Part shown: piece after piece, positions 50,061 to 58,789 of the stretch
How positions within the stretch are numbered: position 1 is the stretch's first letter
Layout: each line of letters opens with the position of its first letter
Assembly (NCBI GenBank): GCA_963759885.1
Contig: CAVXBA010000001.1
Location: 268,323-332,322 of the forward strand
Origin: an uncultured Actinomycetota bacterium
GTDB lineage: Bacteria; Actinomycetota; Actinomycetes; Propionibacteriales; Nocardioidaceae
DNA: 64,000 nucleotides
Reading direction: 5' to 3'
Notes under the pieces: model-generated
Told to the model about the DNA's origin: nothing
The model's input: only the letters and a program-made list of their open reading frames with translations
Database searches by the model: none
Position numbers and translations under genes: made by a program

Positions 50061-50972
50061 ATGGACGACGACATGAGCACTGAACTGAAGCTCCGTTTCA
50101 TCAGCGATCCCGCGGAGTTCCTGGACGCAGCCGGCGACTACCTGGCTGCCCAGCCGGTCGTCAGCACGGTTGTCGCCACGGTGGCGCACCAGGCGTGCTC
50201 TGATCGAGCTGAGGGGATCGCCCAGCCGGACCGCGATTGGTGGCTCGTCGTGGTCGACGGGTCCGGCACCGTGGTCGGCGCCGCGATGCGGACGGCGTCC
50301 TTCACCCCCTTCCCGCCGTATCTCCTGCCGATGCCCGACGCGGCCGCAACTGCCCTGGCCGGCGCCCTGCACGCACGAGGCGAACAGGTGCTCGCGATCA
50401 ACGGTGCCCTCCCGGCCGTGCAGGTGTGCGCCACTGAGCTGGCGCGCCTCACGGGAGGGCGCGTGGAGATCAGCCAGCACATGCGCCTGCACGAGCTCGA
50501 CGAGCTGATGTGGCCGGCCCCCTCGCCGGGCGAGCTCGTGGCGGCGACCGAGGACGACCTCGATCTCGCGATCGAGTGGTTCACCGCCTTCCTGGTCGAC
50601 GCAGACGAGCAGTCTGGGCACGAACCTGGCACCAGCGCTCACGAGGCGCCGACCCGCGACGAGCTGCTGCGGCGCATCAGAGCGGGTCGGATCTGGTTCT
50701 GGGTCGACGCGAACCGGCGACCGGTGCATGTCGGCGCGACCAGCTCTCCGTCGTACGGGGTCTGCCGCATCGGACCGGTGTACACACCGCCGCACGAGCG
50801 CGGCCGAGGCTGGGCCAGCAACGCAGTCGCCGAGCTGTCGGCACGGATCCGGGCCGACGGCTCCCGGGTCGCGTTGTTCACCGACCAGGCGAACCCGACC
50901 TCGAACAAGATCTACGCCGCCCTCGGCTACCGACCGGTGGTCGACATGGCCAGCGTTCGCATCCTCAGCTGA
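50061..50972 (+). CDS. GNAT-family N-acetyltransferase
   Basis: Track ORF, 303 aa. The C-terminal acetyl-CoA motif is IGPVYTPPHERGRGWASNAVAELS...ALFTDQANPTSNKIYAALGY. Confidence 0.8.
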   Translation: MDDDMSTELKLRFISDPAEFLDAAGDYLAAQPVVSTVVATVAHQACSDRAEGIAQPDRDWWLVVVDGSGTVVGAAMRTASFTPFPPYLLPMPDAAATALAGALHARGEQVLAINGALPAVQVCATELARLTGGRVEISQHMRLHELDELMWPAPSPGELVAATEDDLDLAIEWFTAFLVDADEQSGHEPGTSAHEAPTRDELLRRIRAGRIWFWVDANRRPVHVGATSSPSYGVCRIGPVYTPPHERGRGWASNAVAELSARIRADGSRVALFTDQANPTSNKIYAALGYRPVVDMASVRILS

Positions 50973-51702
50973 GGGTCCGTCCCCTCGCGCGGGCCATGGT
51001 CAGGGCAGCCTCCACCAACGCGGAATTGTCGCGCGCCGGTGTGCCGTCGGGCAGCGCCAGCACGTCCTCGAGCCCGATCCGGGTGTCCAGTCCCCGGCCG
51101 ATGGCGTGCCGAAGTGCCGGCCAACAGCTCGACCCCTCGCCATGCAGCAGCACCGGCAGCTCGTTGGCTCCAGCAGCCAGCGCCGCGAGCCAGCGGTCGG
51201 CATCTCGTTGGGTTGCTGCCTCGTCCGAGCCGTCGGGTAGCTCCAGGAGCACCCGGAGACACTTCGGCCGCGTCCGAGAGGCTAGCCACGCGTCGATGGC
51301 TGCGTCATGCCAGAGCCCTGCTTCGACACCGACACCCCTGGCGATCAACGCGTCCGCCAGCTCCTCAGCACCGGCCTCGTGCCAGTTGACCGACGCGAAG
51401 TCGGGCAGCACCTCCCAGCCCTTCACCGCCTCGAGACGCTCCTCCGGGTCCGCGGTCGCCCAGGCGCCGGTCGTCACCCCGACCGGCAAGCGCGGCACCG
51501 CGGCCCGCAACGCCAGCAGCACGGGCCCGACGACCTGACCCGAGAGGGTGTCCGCACCATCCGGGTCCTTGGCGTGCACATGGACAGCGTCGGCTCCAGC
51601 GGCAGCCACCCGTACGGCATCGGCCGCGATCTCGTTCGCACTGACGGGAAGCCGGTCGTGCTCGGTTGGCCTTCGCGAGCCGTTGATGCACGCCTTGAGC
51701 AT
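50965..51702 (-). CDS. BKACE (3-keto-5-aminohexanoate cleavage, DUF849) family enzyme
   Basis: ATG 51702 (MLKACINGSRRPTEHDRLP) lies inside track ORF 50965..52176. AVHVHAKDPDG..FASVNWHE.. is the BKACE TIM-barrel pattern. Confidence 0.7.
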   Translation of the reverse strand: MLKACINGSRRPTEHDRLPVSANEIAADAVRVAAAGADAVHVHAKDPDGADTLSGQVVGPVLLALRAAVPRLPVGVTTGAWATADPEERLEAVKGWEVLPDFASVNWHEAGAEELADALIARGVGVEAGLWHDAAIDAWLASRTRPKCLRVLLELPDGSDEAATQRDADRWLAALAAGANELPVLLHGEGSSCWPALRHAIGRGLDTRIGLEDVLALPDGTPARDNSALVEAALTMARARGRTLS

Positions 51703-51812
51703 CCCTGGATCCTGACATGCCCTCTGCCCGGCCGGCTCCCTGGCCGGGCGGCCGGTCGAACCCGCACCGCCCATCTTGCCAAATGCGTTAGTGACCACTA
51801 ACGTATTCGCAG

Positions 51813-52118
51813 ATGACCGACCCCTTCCTGGCTGCGGCCGAGCCGAACCGGCGGAGGATCTTGCAGCTGCTCGCGTCACGGCCTCGGACCGTGACCGACA
51901 TTGCCGGCGAGTTCCCCGTGACGCGTTCAGCGATCTCGCAGCACCTGGCCGTGCTGGCTGAAGCCGGCCTGGTCGACGCCGAAAAGGTCGGTCGCCAGCG
52001 GATCTACCGAGTCGTGCCCAGGGGTCTGCACAAGCTGCAGGCCGAGATCGACCGGTTCTGGACCAGCGAGCTCGATCAGCTCGTCGCCGATGCCCATTCA
52101 CTGAGGAGTACGTCATGA
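51813..52118 (+). CDS. ArsR/SmtB-family transcriptional regulator
   Basis: Track ORF, 101 aa. EPNRRRILQLLASRPRTVTDIAGEFPVTRSAISQHLAVLAEAGLV is an ArsR-type winged HTH. Confidence 0.9.
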   Translation: MTDPFLAAAEPNRRRILQLLASRPRTVTDIAGEFPVTRSAISQHLAVLAEAGLVDAEKVGRQRIYRVVPRGLHKLQAEIDRFWTSELDQLVADAHSLRSTS

Positions 52119-53097
52119 GTTTCACCAAGACCGCAGTCCTTCCCGTCTCTCCCGACGAGGCGTTCACGCTGATCACCGAGCCGGAGCGACTGCGTCGCTG
52201 GCAGACCGTGTCCGCGGTCGTCGACCTCCGCGCTGGTGGCGGCTACCGCTGGACGGTGACCCCCGGCCACGTAGCCGTCGGAACGTTCCAGGAGGTCGAG
52301 CCGGGCAAGCGCATCGTGTTCGGCTGGGGCTGGGAAGGCAGCGACGAGCTGCCGCCGGACGCCTCGACGGTCACCATCACCCTGGAGCCGGCCGACGGTG
52401 GCTCGCTGGTCACCCTGGTGCACGAGGGGCTCAGCGAGGAGCAGGCCGCCGCCCATGCCGAAGGCTGGAACCACTACGTCGACCGCCTCGAGATGCTCGC
52501 CGTCAAGGGTGACGCCGGTCCCGACGAGTGGGCGTTCGCACCCGAGGACCTGGACCCGATCGTCGCGTCCGAGGCCGCCCTGGCCGTCATCCAGCCCGTG
52601 CTGCGCGGGCTGACCCGAGAGGACCAGCCGAAGCAGACCCCGTGCGCCGACTTCACCTGCCACGAGCTGGCCGAGCACCTGATGACCTCCATCGCCCAGC
52701 TCGGCGCGATGGCCGGCGCCGAGGTGGTCAACCCCGAGGCAAGGCTCCCTGGAGAACCGGGTCTCGGTGATGGCCGCCCAGGCGATCGACGGCTGGCGCC
52801 GGGCCGGCCTCGACGGCATGGTTCCCGGACCCGGCGGGGCGGAGCTGCCCGCGTCCTTCGCCGCCAGCATCCTGCCGGTCGAGCTCGTGCTGCACGGCTG
52901 GGACCTGGCCCAGGCCAGTGGTCAGCCGCTGCACATCTCCGACGAGCTGGTGGCGTACCTCCGTGGCCTGGCCGAGGGACTCGTCCCCGGTGGACGCGAG
53001 GGTGGCTCGTTCGGTCCCGAGGTGGCCCCTGCCGACGACGCCAGCCCGCGTCGACCAGCTCGCGGCGTACGCCGGTCGCACCCCCATCGCCGCATGA
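52115..53097 (+). pseudogene. SRPBCC (AHSA1-like) domain fused to a DinB/TIGR03086-like domain; two +1 insertions (~52736-52745 and ~53040-53052)
   Basis: ATGA overlap with the ArsR stop. N-terminal domain: VSPDEAFTLITEPERLRRWQ..GKRIVFGWGW..HEGLSEEQAAAHAEGWNHYVDRL. The second domain is split over three frames: ..CHELAEHLMTSIAQLG | GSLENRVSVMAAQAIDGWRRAG..VELVLHGWDLAQASGQP | VDQLAAYAGRTPIAA* (stop 53095-53097). Confidence 0.75.
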
Positions 53098-53140
53098 CCC
53101 ACCACTCCACAACTCACCGCCACCACCAAGGAGCAACACC

Positions 53141-53479
53141 ATGACGAAGTTCGTGTTCATCTACCACGCACCGATGACCCCCGCCGACGCCACACCGCCC
53201 TCCAAGGAGCAGATGGAGGCGGTCATGGCCGAGTGGATGGCGTGGAGCGGCAAGGTCGGCGACGGCATGGTCGACTTCGGTACGCCGCTGGCCGGCGGCA
53301 CCCGGGTCAGCCCCGGAGGCGCCACCTCGCCGAGCACCCGCGAGGTGGCCGGCTACTCGATCATCGAGGCCGAGGACATGGACGCCGCGCTCAACCTCGC
53401 CAAGGACCACCCCCACCTCAACATGCCCGGCGGCTGCGAGATCGAGGTCCACGAGGCACTGCCCGTCCCCGGCATGTGA
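53141..53479 (+). CDS. YciI-like (DGPF-domain) protein
   Basis: ATG 53141 with an AAGGAG RBS. MTKFVFIYHAP...MEAVMAEWMAWSGKVG...GYSIIEAEDMDAALNLAKDHPHL is the YciI-family pattern. Confidence 0.75.
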   Translation: MTKFVFIYHAPMTPADATPPSKEQMEAVMAEWMAWSGKVGDGMVDFGTPLAGGTRVSPGGATSPSTREVAGYSIIEAEDMDAALNLAKDHPHLNMPGGCEIEVHEALPVPGM

Positions 53480-53498
53480 CGCCTCACCTAGCAGCACG

Positions 53499-54968
53499 TC
53501 AGTCGGTGTACGCCGACATCGCCTCGACGGCGCGTAGCCAGCGCTGGTACGCGTCGTCGAGGTCGGCCACGGGCGCAGCGGCGACGTGCACCACGTCGGC
53601 CTTGATCCGCAGGTCGACCCCGGCGCCGCGGGCCGCCAGCACAGCAGCGCCCACCGCGGACGCACTGCGCAACGGCACGTAGGCGAGGGGACGGCCGAGC
53701 AGGTCTGCGATGAGCTGACGCACCCAGGGGTCCCGCGCCCCGCCACCGGACACGACGATGCGCGAGTCCTGCGCACCGAGCAGCTCGATCCCGCGTCGGA
53801 TCGTGGACGCCAGCGCCTCGAACGACGAGCGGGCGAGCTCCGCCCGACCCACGGACGGCGTCCCACCGAGCCAGCCCGCGCGAGCGCCCGGCCCGGCCAG
53901 CCCGCCGCGCTCACCGGTGAGGAACGGCACGAACGACAGACCGCCCGAGCCCGGCTCGGCGGATCGGGCGAGGGTCACGAAGTCGTCCCAGTCGAGGCCC
54001 AGGACCTGCTGCGCCCACGAGAGGGCGAGGCCACCGTTCTGCACGGCGAGCATCTCGTACCAACCACCGTCGGCGTCGGCGTACAGGTGACTGATCGGCG
54101 CCTCTCGAGCTTCGGCGGCGACCCCAGGACGAACCAGCTGCACCCCGGTCCCGACATTGACGACGACGGTGTCTGCCCACACGTCGCCGACCTCGCTGGC
54201 CTTCAGCGCCGAGAGGGCACAGGCGGTGTCCGCTCCCCCGGCAACGACCTGCACGCCGGACCCTCCGGCGCCGTCGACCCTCTCGTCGCCCGGTGGCCAC
54301 GACGCTTGCCCCACGTTCGCGTCGCTGTCGACCAACGCCGGCAGCTGGCTCGACTCGACGCCCGCCATGGCCACCGCGGTGGATGACCAGGCGTCGCTGG
54401 TCACGTCCCACAGCAGGGTGGCCGACGCGTCACTGCGCTCGGTGACCTGGTCGCCGGTGAGCTGAGCGCGCAGCCAGTCCTTGGGTGATCGGACGAGCCG
54501 GGTGGAGTCCACGACGGCTGGTTCGTGCTCGCGCAGCCAGGTCAGCATCGGCCCGGCCATGCCGGCGAAGACTGGATTCGACAGCGCCGACCGATCAGCC
54601 GGGGCCATCGCCTCCCAGGCCGGGAGCGCCGATGCGGCCCGCTGGTCCGGCCACAGGATCGCCGGTCGGACCGGTCGACCGGCGAAATCCGACAGCACGA
54701 TGCCGTGCATCTGACCGGTGACCGCGACAGCCACCGGGACGGCAGCCGGCCCGCTGTCCTGCGTGGTCAGCGACAGCTGGGCAGCGGCAGTCCGGAGCGC
54801 GGCCAGCCACAGGTCCGGATCGGTCTCGGCGAACCCCGGCTGCGGTGTCCGCACGGCGTACGACGCCTCGGACTCGGCGAGGACCGAGCCGTCGTCACCG
54901 ACCAGCGTCAGCTTGAGTCCGCTCGTGCCGAGGTCGATGCCGAGGAAGCTCGTGCGAGGCCGGGTCAC
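53499..54968 (-). CDS. FGGY-family carbohydrate kinase (xylulokinase-like)
   Basis: GTG 54968 overlaps the epimerase stop (GTGA). FLGIDLGTSGLKLTLV is the N-terminal FGGY motif, and VVSGGGARDPWVRQLIADLLGRP is the C-terminal FGGY motif. Confidence 0.88.
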   Translation of the reverse strand: MTRPRTSFLGIDLGTSGLKLTLVGDDGSVLAESEASYAVRTPQPGFAETDPDLWLAALRTAAAQLSLTTQDSGPAAVPVAVAVTGQMHGIVLSDFAGRPVRPAILWPDQRAASALPAWEAMAPADRSALSNPVFAGMAGPMLTWLREHEPAVVDSTRLVRSPKDWLRAQLTGDQVTERSDASATLLWDVTSDAWSSTAVAMAGVESSQLPALVDSDANVGQASWPPGDERVDGAGGSGVQVVAGGADTACALSALKASEVGDVWADTVVVNVGTGVQLVRPGVAAEAREAPISHLYADADGGWYEMLAVQNGGLALSWAQQVLGLDWDDFVTLARSAEPGSGGLSFVPFLTGERGGLAGPGARAGWLGGTPSVGRAELARSSFEALASTIRRGIELLGAQDSRIVVSGGGARDPWVRQLIADLLGRPLAYVPLRSASAVGAAVLAARGAGVDLRIKADVVHVAAAPVADLDDAYQRWLRAVEAMSAYTD

Positions 54969-55819
54969 GACCTGGTGAGCCGCTTCGCGATGAACTCCCG
55001 GGCGTGCCGGGCCAGGTCGTCGCCATCGCTCCACAGGTTGCGCCAGACGGCGAGCTGGTTGCTCAGCTCCGGGTGGACGACTGCGGAGCTGAAGCTCTCG
55101 AAGGTCACGGGACCGTCATAGCCGGACGCCACCAATGCCCCGAAGAACGAGTCGAAGTCGATCGTGCCGGTGCCGAGGTAGCCGCGATGCGACTCCCCGA
55201 TGTGGACATACCCCAACCGGTTTTTGCACTCGTCGACGGGCTTGACGAAGCCGTCCTCCTCGATGTTCATGTGGTACGTGTCCAGGTGGACGGCGACGTC
55301 GGAGCCGGTCTCGTCGAGCAGCTCGAGCATCTGGGCGGCGGTGTTGACGACGTTGGTCTCGTAGCGGTTCACCACCTCGAGGCTGACGCGCACTCCGGCC
55401 TGGCCGGCGTCGGCGGCCAACGACTGAACCGCCTCGACCACATGCGCGCGTGAGCGCGGCGTGACCGGCGCTGGATACTTGCCGAGCTGCGAGTACAAGA
55501 CGCCGCAGAGATAGTCCGCTCCGAGCTCGTGGGCGACCTCTACCGCTCGGCTCAGCAGCTTCTTGCCGTTCGCGAGGACCGCCGGGTCCTCGCTCGACAC
55601 GTCGGCATCCGCCGGCAGGCCCATCGAACACGCGCTGCGGATGCCGTGCTCGTCCAACAGCCGCCGGGTCATCGCGGTGTCGATGCCGAACGGGTCGAGG
55701 ATCGGCACCTCGATCAGGTCGAAGCCGGCCGCGGCGGCCGAGGAGATGGCATGGCGCGCAGCGGGCTCGTCCCACGTTCCGCTCCAGACCAGGGCATGCA
55801 CCCCGAGCAGGCTGGTCAC
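54965..55819 (-). CDS. Sugar-phosphate isomerase/epimerase, ketose 3-epimerase-like (xylose-isomerase-like TIM barrel)
   Basis: Track ORF, 284 aa. LEVVNRYETNVVNTAAQ..HLDTYHMNIEE..GYVHIGESHRGYLGTG are the metal-ligand blocks of the tagatose/psicose 3-epimerase family. Confidence 0.8.
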   Translation of the reverse strand: MTSLLGVHALVWSGTWDEPAARHAISSAAAAGFDLIEVPILDPFGIDTAMTRRLLDEHGIRSACSMGLPADADVSSEDPAVLANGKKLLSRAVEVAHELGADYLCGVLYSQLGKYPAPVTPRSRAHVVEAVQSLAADAGQAGVRVSLEVVNRYETNVVNTAAQMLELLDETGSDVAVHLDTYHMNIEEDGFVKPVDECKNRLGYVHIGESHRGYLGTGTIDFDSFFGALVASGYDGPVTFESFSSAVVHPELSNQLAVWRNLWSDGDDLARHAREFIAKRLTRS

Positions 55820-56655
55820 GATGTCTCCTCGTCCACGATCGGGGTCGGGTCCTGCGCCGCCTCGTGCGGGTCACGAACCGCACCGGTCACCAGACCGACC
55901 AGCTCCTGGCCGTCTGTCTCGGTGGTGCGTCGCCGCGCGACCGTCCGGCCGGCGCGCATCACGACGACCTGGTCGCTGAGCCGGAGCACCTGCTCGAAGT
56001 TGTGGCTGATCAGCAGGATGGTCATGCCGCGCTCCTTCAGCGAGAGCACGAGCTGCTCAACCCGCTCGGTCTCCTGCACTCCGAGCGCGGCCGTCGGCTC
56101 GTCCAGGATGACGACCTTGGAGCTCCATCCGGCGGCACGAGCCAGGGCGACGGCCTGCCGCTGGCCACCGCTCAAGCGGCGTACCCGTGAGGTCACCTGA
56201 GGGACGTTGATGGCGAGCTGGCTAACCATGTCCAGGGCCTCACGTCGCATCCGCCGGCGGTCGAGGAAGCGGAACGGCCCGAAGGAGCGCGTGGCCTCCC
56301 GACCGAGGAAGAGGTTCTGCGCCACCGAGAGGTCCTCGACCAGGGCAAGCTCCTGGAACACCGTCTCGATCCCCGCCGAGCGGCCCTGTTCGGGGTTGAC
56401 GAACCGCACAGGTTCGCCCTCGAGCCGGACCTCACCGGCGTCGGCGGTGTGGACTCCGACGAGGCAGCGCACCAAGGTGGACTTGCCGGCGCCGTTGTCG
56501 CCGATCAACGCGGTGACTTGGCCGCGCGGCAGGGTCAGGGTGGCTTCCCGCAGGGCGTGGACCCGACCGAAGGTCTTGCCGAGTCCCGTCACGCTCAGGA
56601 CGTCATCGTTGACGTCGGTCTGGCGGGGAGCGGGTGTGGTAGCAGTGGTCATCAT
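55816..56655 (-). CDS. Sugar ABC transporter ATP-binding protein (single-cassette Rbs-type)
   Basis: ATG 56655 (MMTTATTPAP) lies inside the composite track ORF 55816..57801. Motifs: GDNGAGKSTLVRCL, LSGGQRQAVALARA and VILDEPTAALG. Confidence 0.9.
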   Translation of the reverse strand: MMTTATTPAPRQTDVNDDVLSVTGLGKTFGRVHALREATLTLPRGQVTALIGDNGAGKSTLVRCLVGVHTADAGEVRLEGEPVRFVNPEQGRSAGIETVFQELALVEDLSVAQNLFLGREATRSFGPFRFLDRRRMRREALDMVSQLAINVPQVTSRVRRLSGGQRQAVALARAAGWSSKVVILDEPTAALGVQETERVEQLVLSLKERGMTILLISHNFEQVLRLSDQVVVMRAGRTVARRRTTETDGQELVGLVTGAVRDPHEAAQDPTPIVDEETS

Positions 56656-57638
56656 CGGTTGAACCTCGTGAGGAAGGCGGCGAGTACGACGACAACGCCG
56701 ACGGTGAGGGGCTGGTAGAACTCCGAGAGCCCGACGCGGGTCAGGCCGTTGACCAGAGCGGTGAGCAGCAGCGCGCCCATGACCGGCGCGAAGATGGTCG
56801 CCCTGCCCCCGAACAGGCTGACCCCGCCGAGGACGACCGCGGCCACGGAGTTGAGGAGGAAGCTGGTGTTGGCCGCCGGTTCGGCAGCACCGACCCGGGC
56901 CACCAGGAGCAGGGCGGCGACGCCGGTGAGACCCGCTGAGATGACATAGACGCCGGTCTTGACCATCCAGACCTTGATCCCGAGCGAGCGGGAGCTCTCC
57001 GCGGAACCGCCGATCGCGAGCACGTGGACGCCGAACGCCGTATGGAAGAGCACCACGTGCGCCAGCACAGCCAGCACGATTGCGATGATGACCGCCCACG
57101 AGAACAGCCCGATCCCGTTGACGGACAGCTTGATCAGAACCGGTTCGATGATCGTGGTCTTCTTGCCGTCGGAGATGATCAGCGCCAGGCCGGAGGCGGC
57201 CGACAGCGTACCCAGGGTGACGATGAAGTCGGTGATGCCGCCCTTGCTGATGATCAACCCGTTGACGAGGCCGACCACGAGGGTCGCGACGAGCCCGGCG
57301 ACCGCCGCCAGCCAGATGTTCCAGCCCTGGGCGTAGAACTCTCCGAGGACGACGGCACCCAAGGTCATCGTCGACGCCACGGACAGGTCGATCCCGCCCG
57401 TGGCGACGACGAACGTCTGACCGATGGTGAGGATGATGAGGATGGCGGCCGCCTGCAGGATCGCGGACACGTTTCCCTGGCTCAGGTACCCCGGGTTCGC
57501 GATCCCGAAGAGGATCGCCAGTCCGACCAGGCCGAACAACGACGCCAGCTCCGGCCAGGGGAGCTCTGCAGCGCGTCGCCGGTAGTCGTCGACGCTTCGC
57601 CGACCCGCGGTTGCTTGGGCGGTCGTCATCATCATCAC
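56652..57638 (-). CDS. Sugar ABC transporter permease (RbsC-type)
   Basis: Track ORF, 328 aa, about 9-10 TM segments, with GGIDLSVASTMTLGAV typical of RbsC/XylH permeases. Confidence 0.9.
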   Translation of the reverse strand: MMMMTTAQATAGRRSVDDYRRRAAELPWPELASLFGLVGLAILFGIANPGYLSQGNVSAILQAAAILIILTIGQTFVVATGGIDLSVASTMTLGAVVLGEFYAQGWNIWLAAVAGLVATLVVGLVNGLIISKGGITDFIVTLGTLSAASGLALIISDGKKTTIIEPVLIKLSVNGIGLFSWAVIIAIVLAVLAHVVLFHTAFGVHVLAIGGSAESSRSLGIKVWMVKTGVYVISAGLTGVAALLLVARVGAAEPAANTSFLLNSVAAVVLGGVSLFGGRATIFAPVMGALLLTALVNGLTRVGLSEFYQPLTVGVVVVLAAFLTRFNR

Positions 57639-57662
57639 CTCTCCTCGTGCCTCGGACTTCGC

Positions 57663-58676
57663 TCAGCCGAGCGGGTTGTCGAAGGGCTTGAACGGAGCCG
57701 GGAACTTCGCCAGGGCCTGGTCCGCGTCGTCCTTGGTGACGACGGCGACGGGCGCCGTGATGTTCTCCGGCAGGCTCTCGCCCGCGGCGGCCATCTCGCA
57801 AGCCTGCACGCCCATCTGGCCGATCGCGTACGGGTACTGAGCCACCGTGGCGTACAGGTCACCGGCCTGGACGGCCTTCAACGCATCCTCGACGCCGTCG
57901 ACGCTGATGATCGCGATGTCACCGGTCTTGTTCGCGTTCGCGACCGCGCGGGCGATGCCGAGAGCCATGTCGTCGTTGGCGGCGAAGAAGCCCTTGACGT
58001 CCTTGTTGGCCGACAGGATGTCGGTCGCCTTGGTCAGCGCGACCTGTCGGTCCCAGTCGGCAGCGACGACCGGCAGGGTCGTCAGCTGACCGTCGACGGC
58101 AGAGGTGAAGCCGTCGATGCGAGCGGCACTGGTCACGTCACCGGAGATGCCTCCGATCAGTGCCACGGTGCCGGAGCCGCCGAGCGCGTCCAGCATCGTG
58201 TCACCGGCCATCTTGCCGGCCTCGGAGTTGTCGGTGCCGATGTACGTCGTCACCTTCAGGTCGGCCTTGGCCGCAGCGTCAGCCTCGATCGGGCTGTCGA
58301 TGTTCACGACCGGGGTGTCCTGGGCGGCGATCCGGGCAAGTCCCTGGATCAGGTTGGTCCCGGAGATCGGGTTGACGACGTAGCAGTCGTAGCCCTGCTG
58401 GGCCATCGCGTCGAGCTTGTCAGCCTGACCGCTGGTGTCGGTGATGCTCTGAGCCGCCTGGACCTCGACGCTGACATCGTCGCTCTTGGACTGGGCGTTG
58501 ATACCCTCCTCCATCTGCTGGAAGAAGGGGTTGTCGAGACCCTTGATGACCGCGGCGTACGACGAGGACGACCCGTTGCCGCCGGTGCTGGCCTGGGGGT
58601 CGTCGCCGCAGCCGGCGAGGGTGATGAGGCCGAGACTGGCAATGGTGCCGATCACGAGACGCCTGGATGTGTTCAT
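57663..58676 (-). CDS. Sugar ABC transporter substrate-binding lipoprotein (RbsB-type)
   Basis: Track ORF, 337 aa. Lipobox in MNTSRRLVIGTIASLGLITLAGCGD. The rest has the periplasmic-binding-protein type I pattern. Confidence 0.9.
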   Translation of the reverse strand: MNTSRRLVIGTIASLGLITLAGCGDDPQASTGGNGSSSSYAAVIKGLDNPFFQQMEEGINAQSKSDDVSVEVQAAQSITDTSGQADKLDAMAQQGYDCYVVNPISGTNLIQGLARIAAQDTPVVNIDSPIEADAAAKADLKVTTYIGTDNSEAGKMAGDTMLDALGGSGTVALIGGISGDVTSAARIDGFTSAVDGQLTTLPVVAADWDRQVALTKATDILSANKDVKGFFAANDDMALGIARAVANANKTGDIAIISVDGVEDALKAVQAGDLYATVAQYPYAIGQMGVQACEMAAAGESLPENITAPVAVVTKDDADQALAKFPAPFKPFDNPLG

Positions 58677-58690
58677 GGAAAGACCTCCGT

Positions 58691-58714
58691 TTAATGTCTT
58701 GGGCTAGACATTAA
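58691..58714. promoter_or_regulatory. Perfect 9-bp inverted repeat TTAATGTCT-N6-AGACATTAA, candidate operator in the divergent ROK / ABC promoter region
   Basis: Own reading. It lies in the only AT-rich stretch of the 58677-58789 intergenic region, between the SBP start (58676) and the ROK start (58790). Confidence 0.5.
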
Positions 58715-58789
58715 GATCTGGTTTACTGTCTGTCAATAGGCAAAATTCAAGGGCCGGTCGCCCGAGGATCGTTTTCCCTGCTGGAGGAG

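Noticed and set aside
55816-57801. 661-aa minus-strand ORF, together with the 696-aa ORF 60524..62614.
   Set aside because: Only the last 279 codons (ABC ATPase) and the last 170 codons (SRPBCC protein) respectively are genuine. The upstream parts are out of frame or antisense over other well-supported genes.
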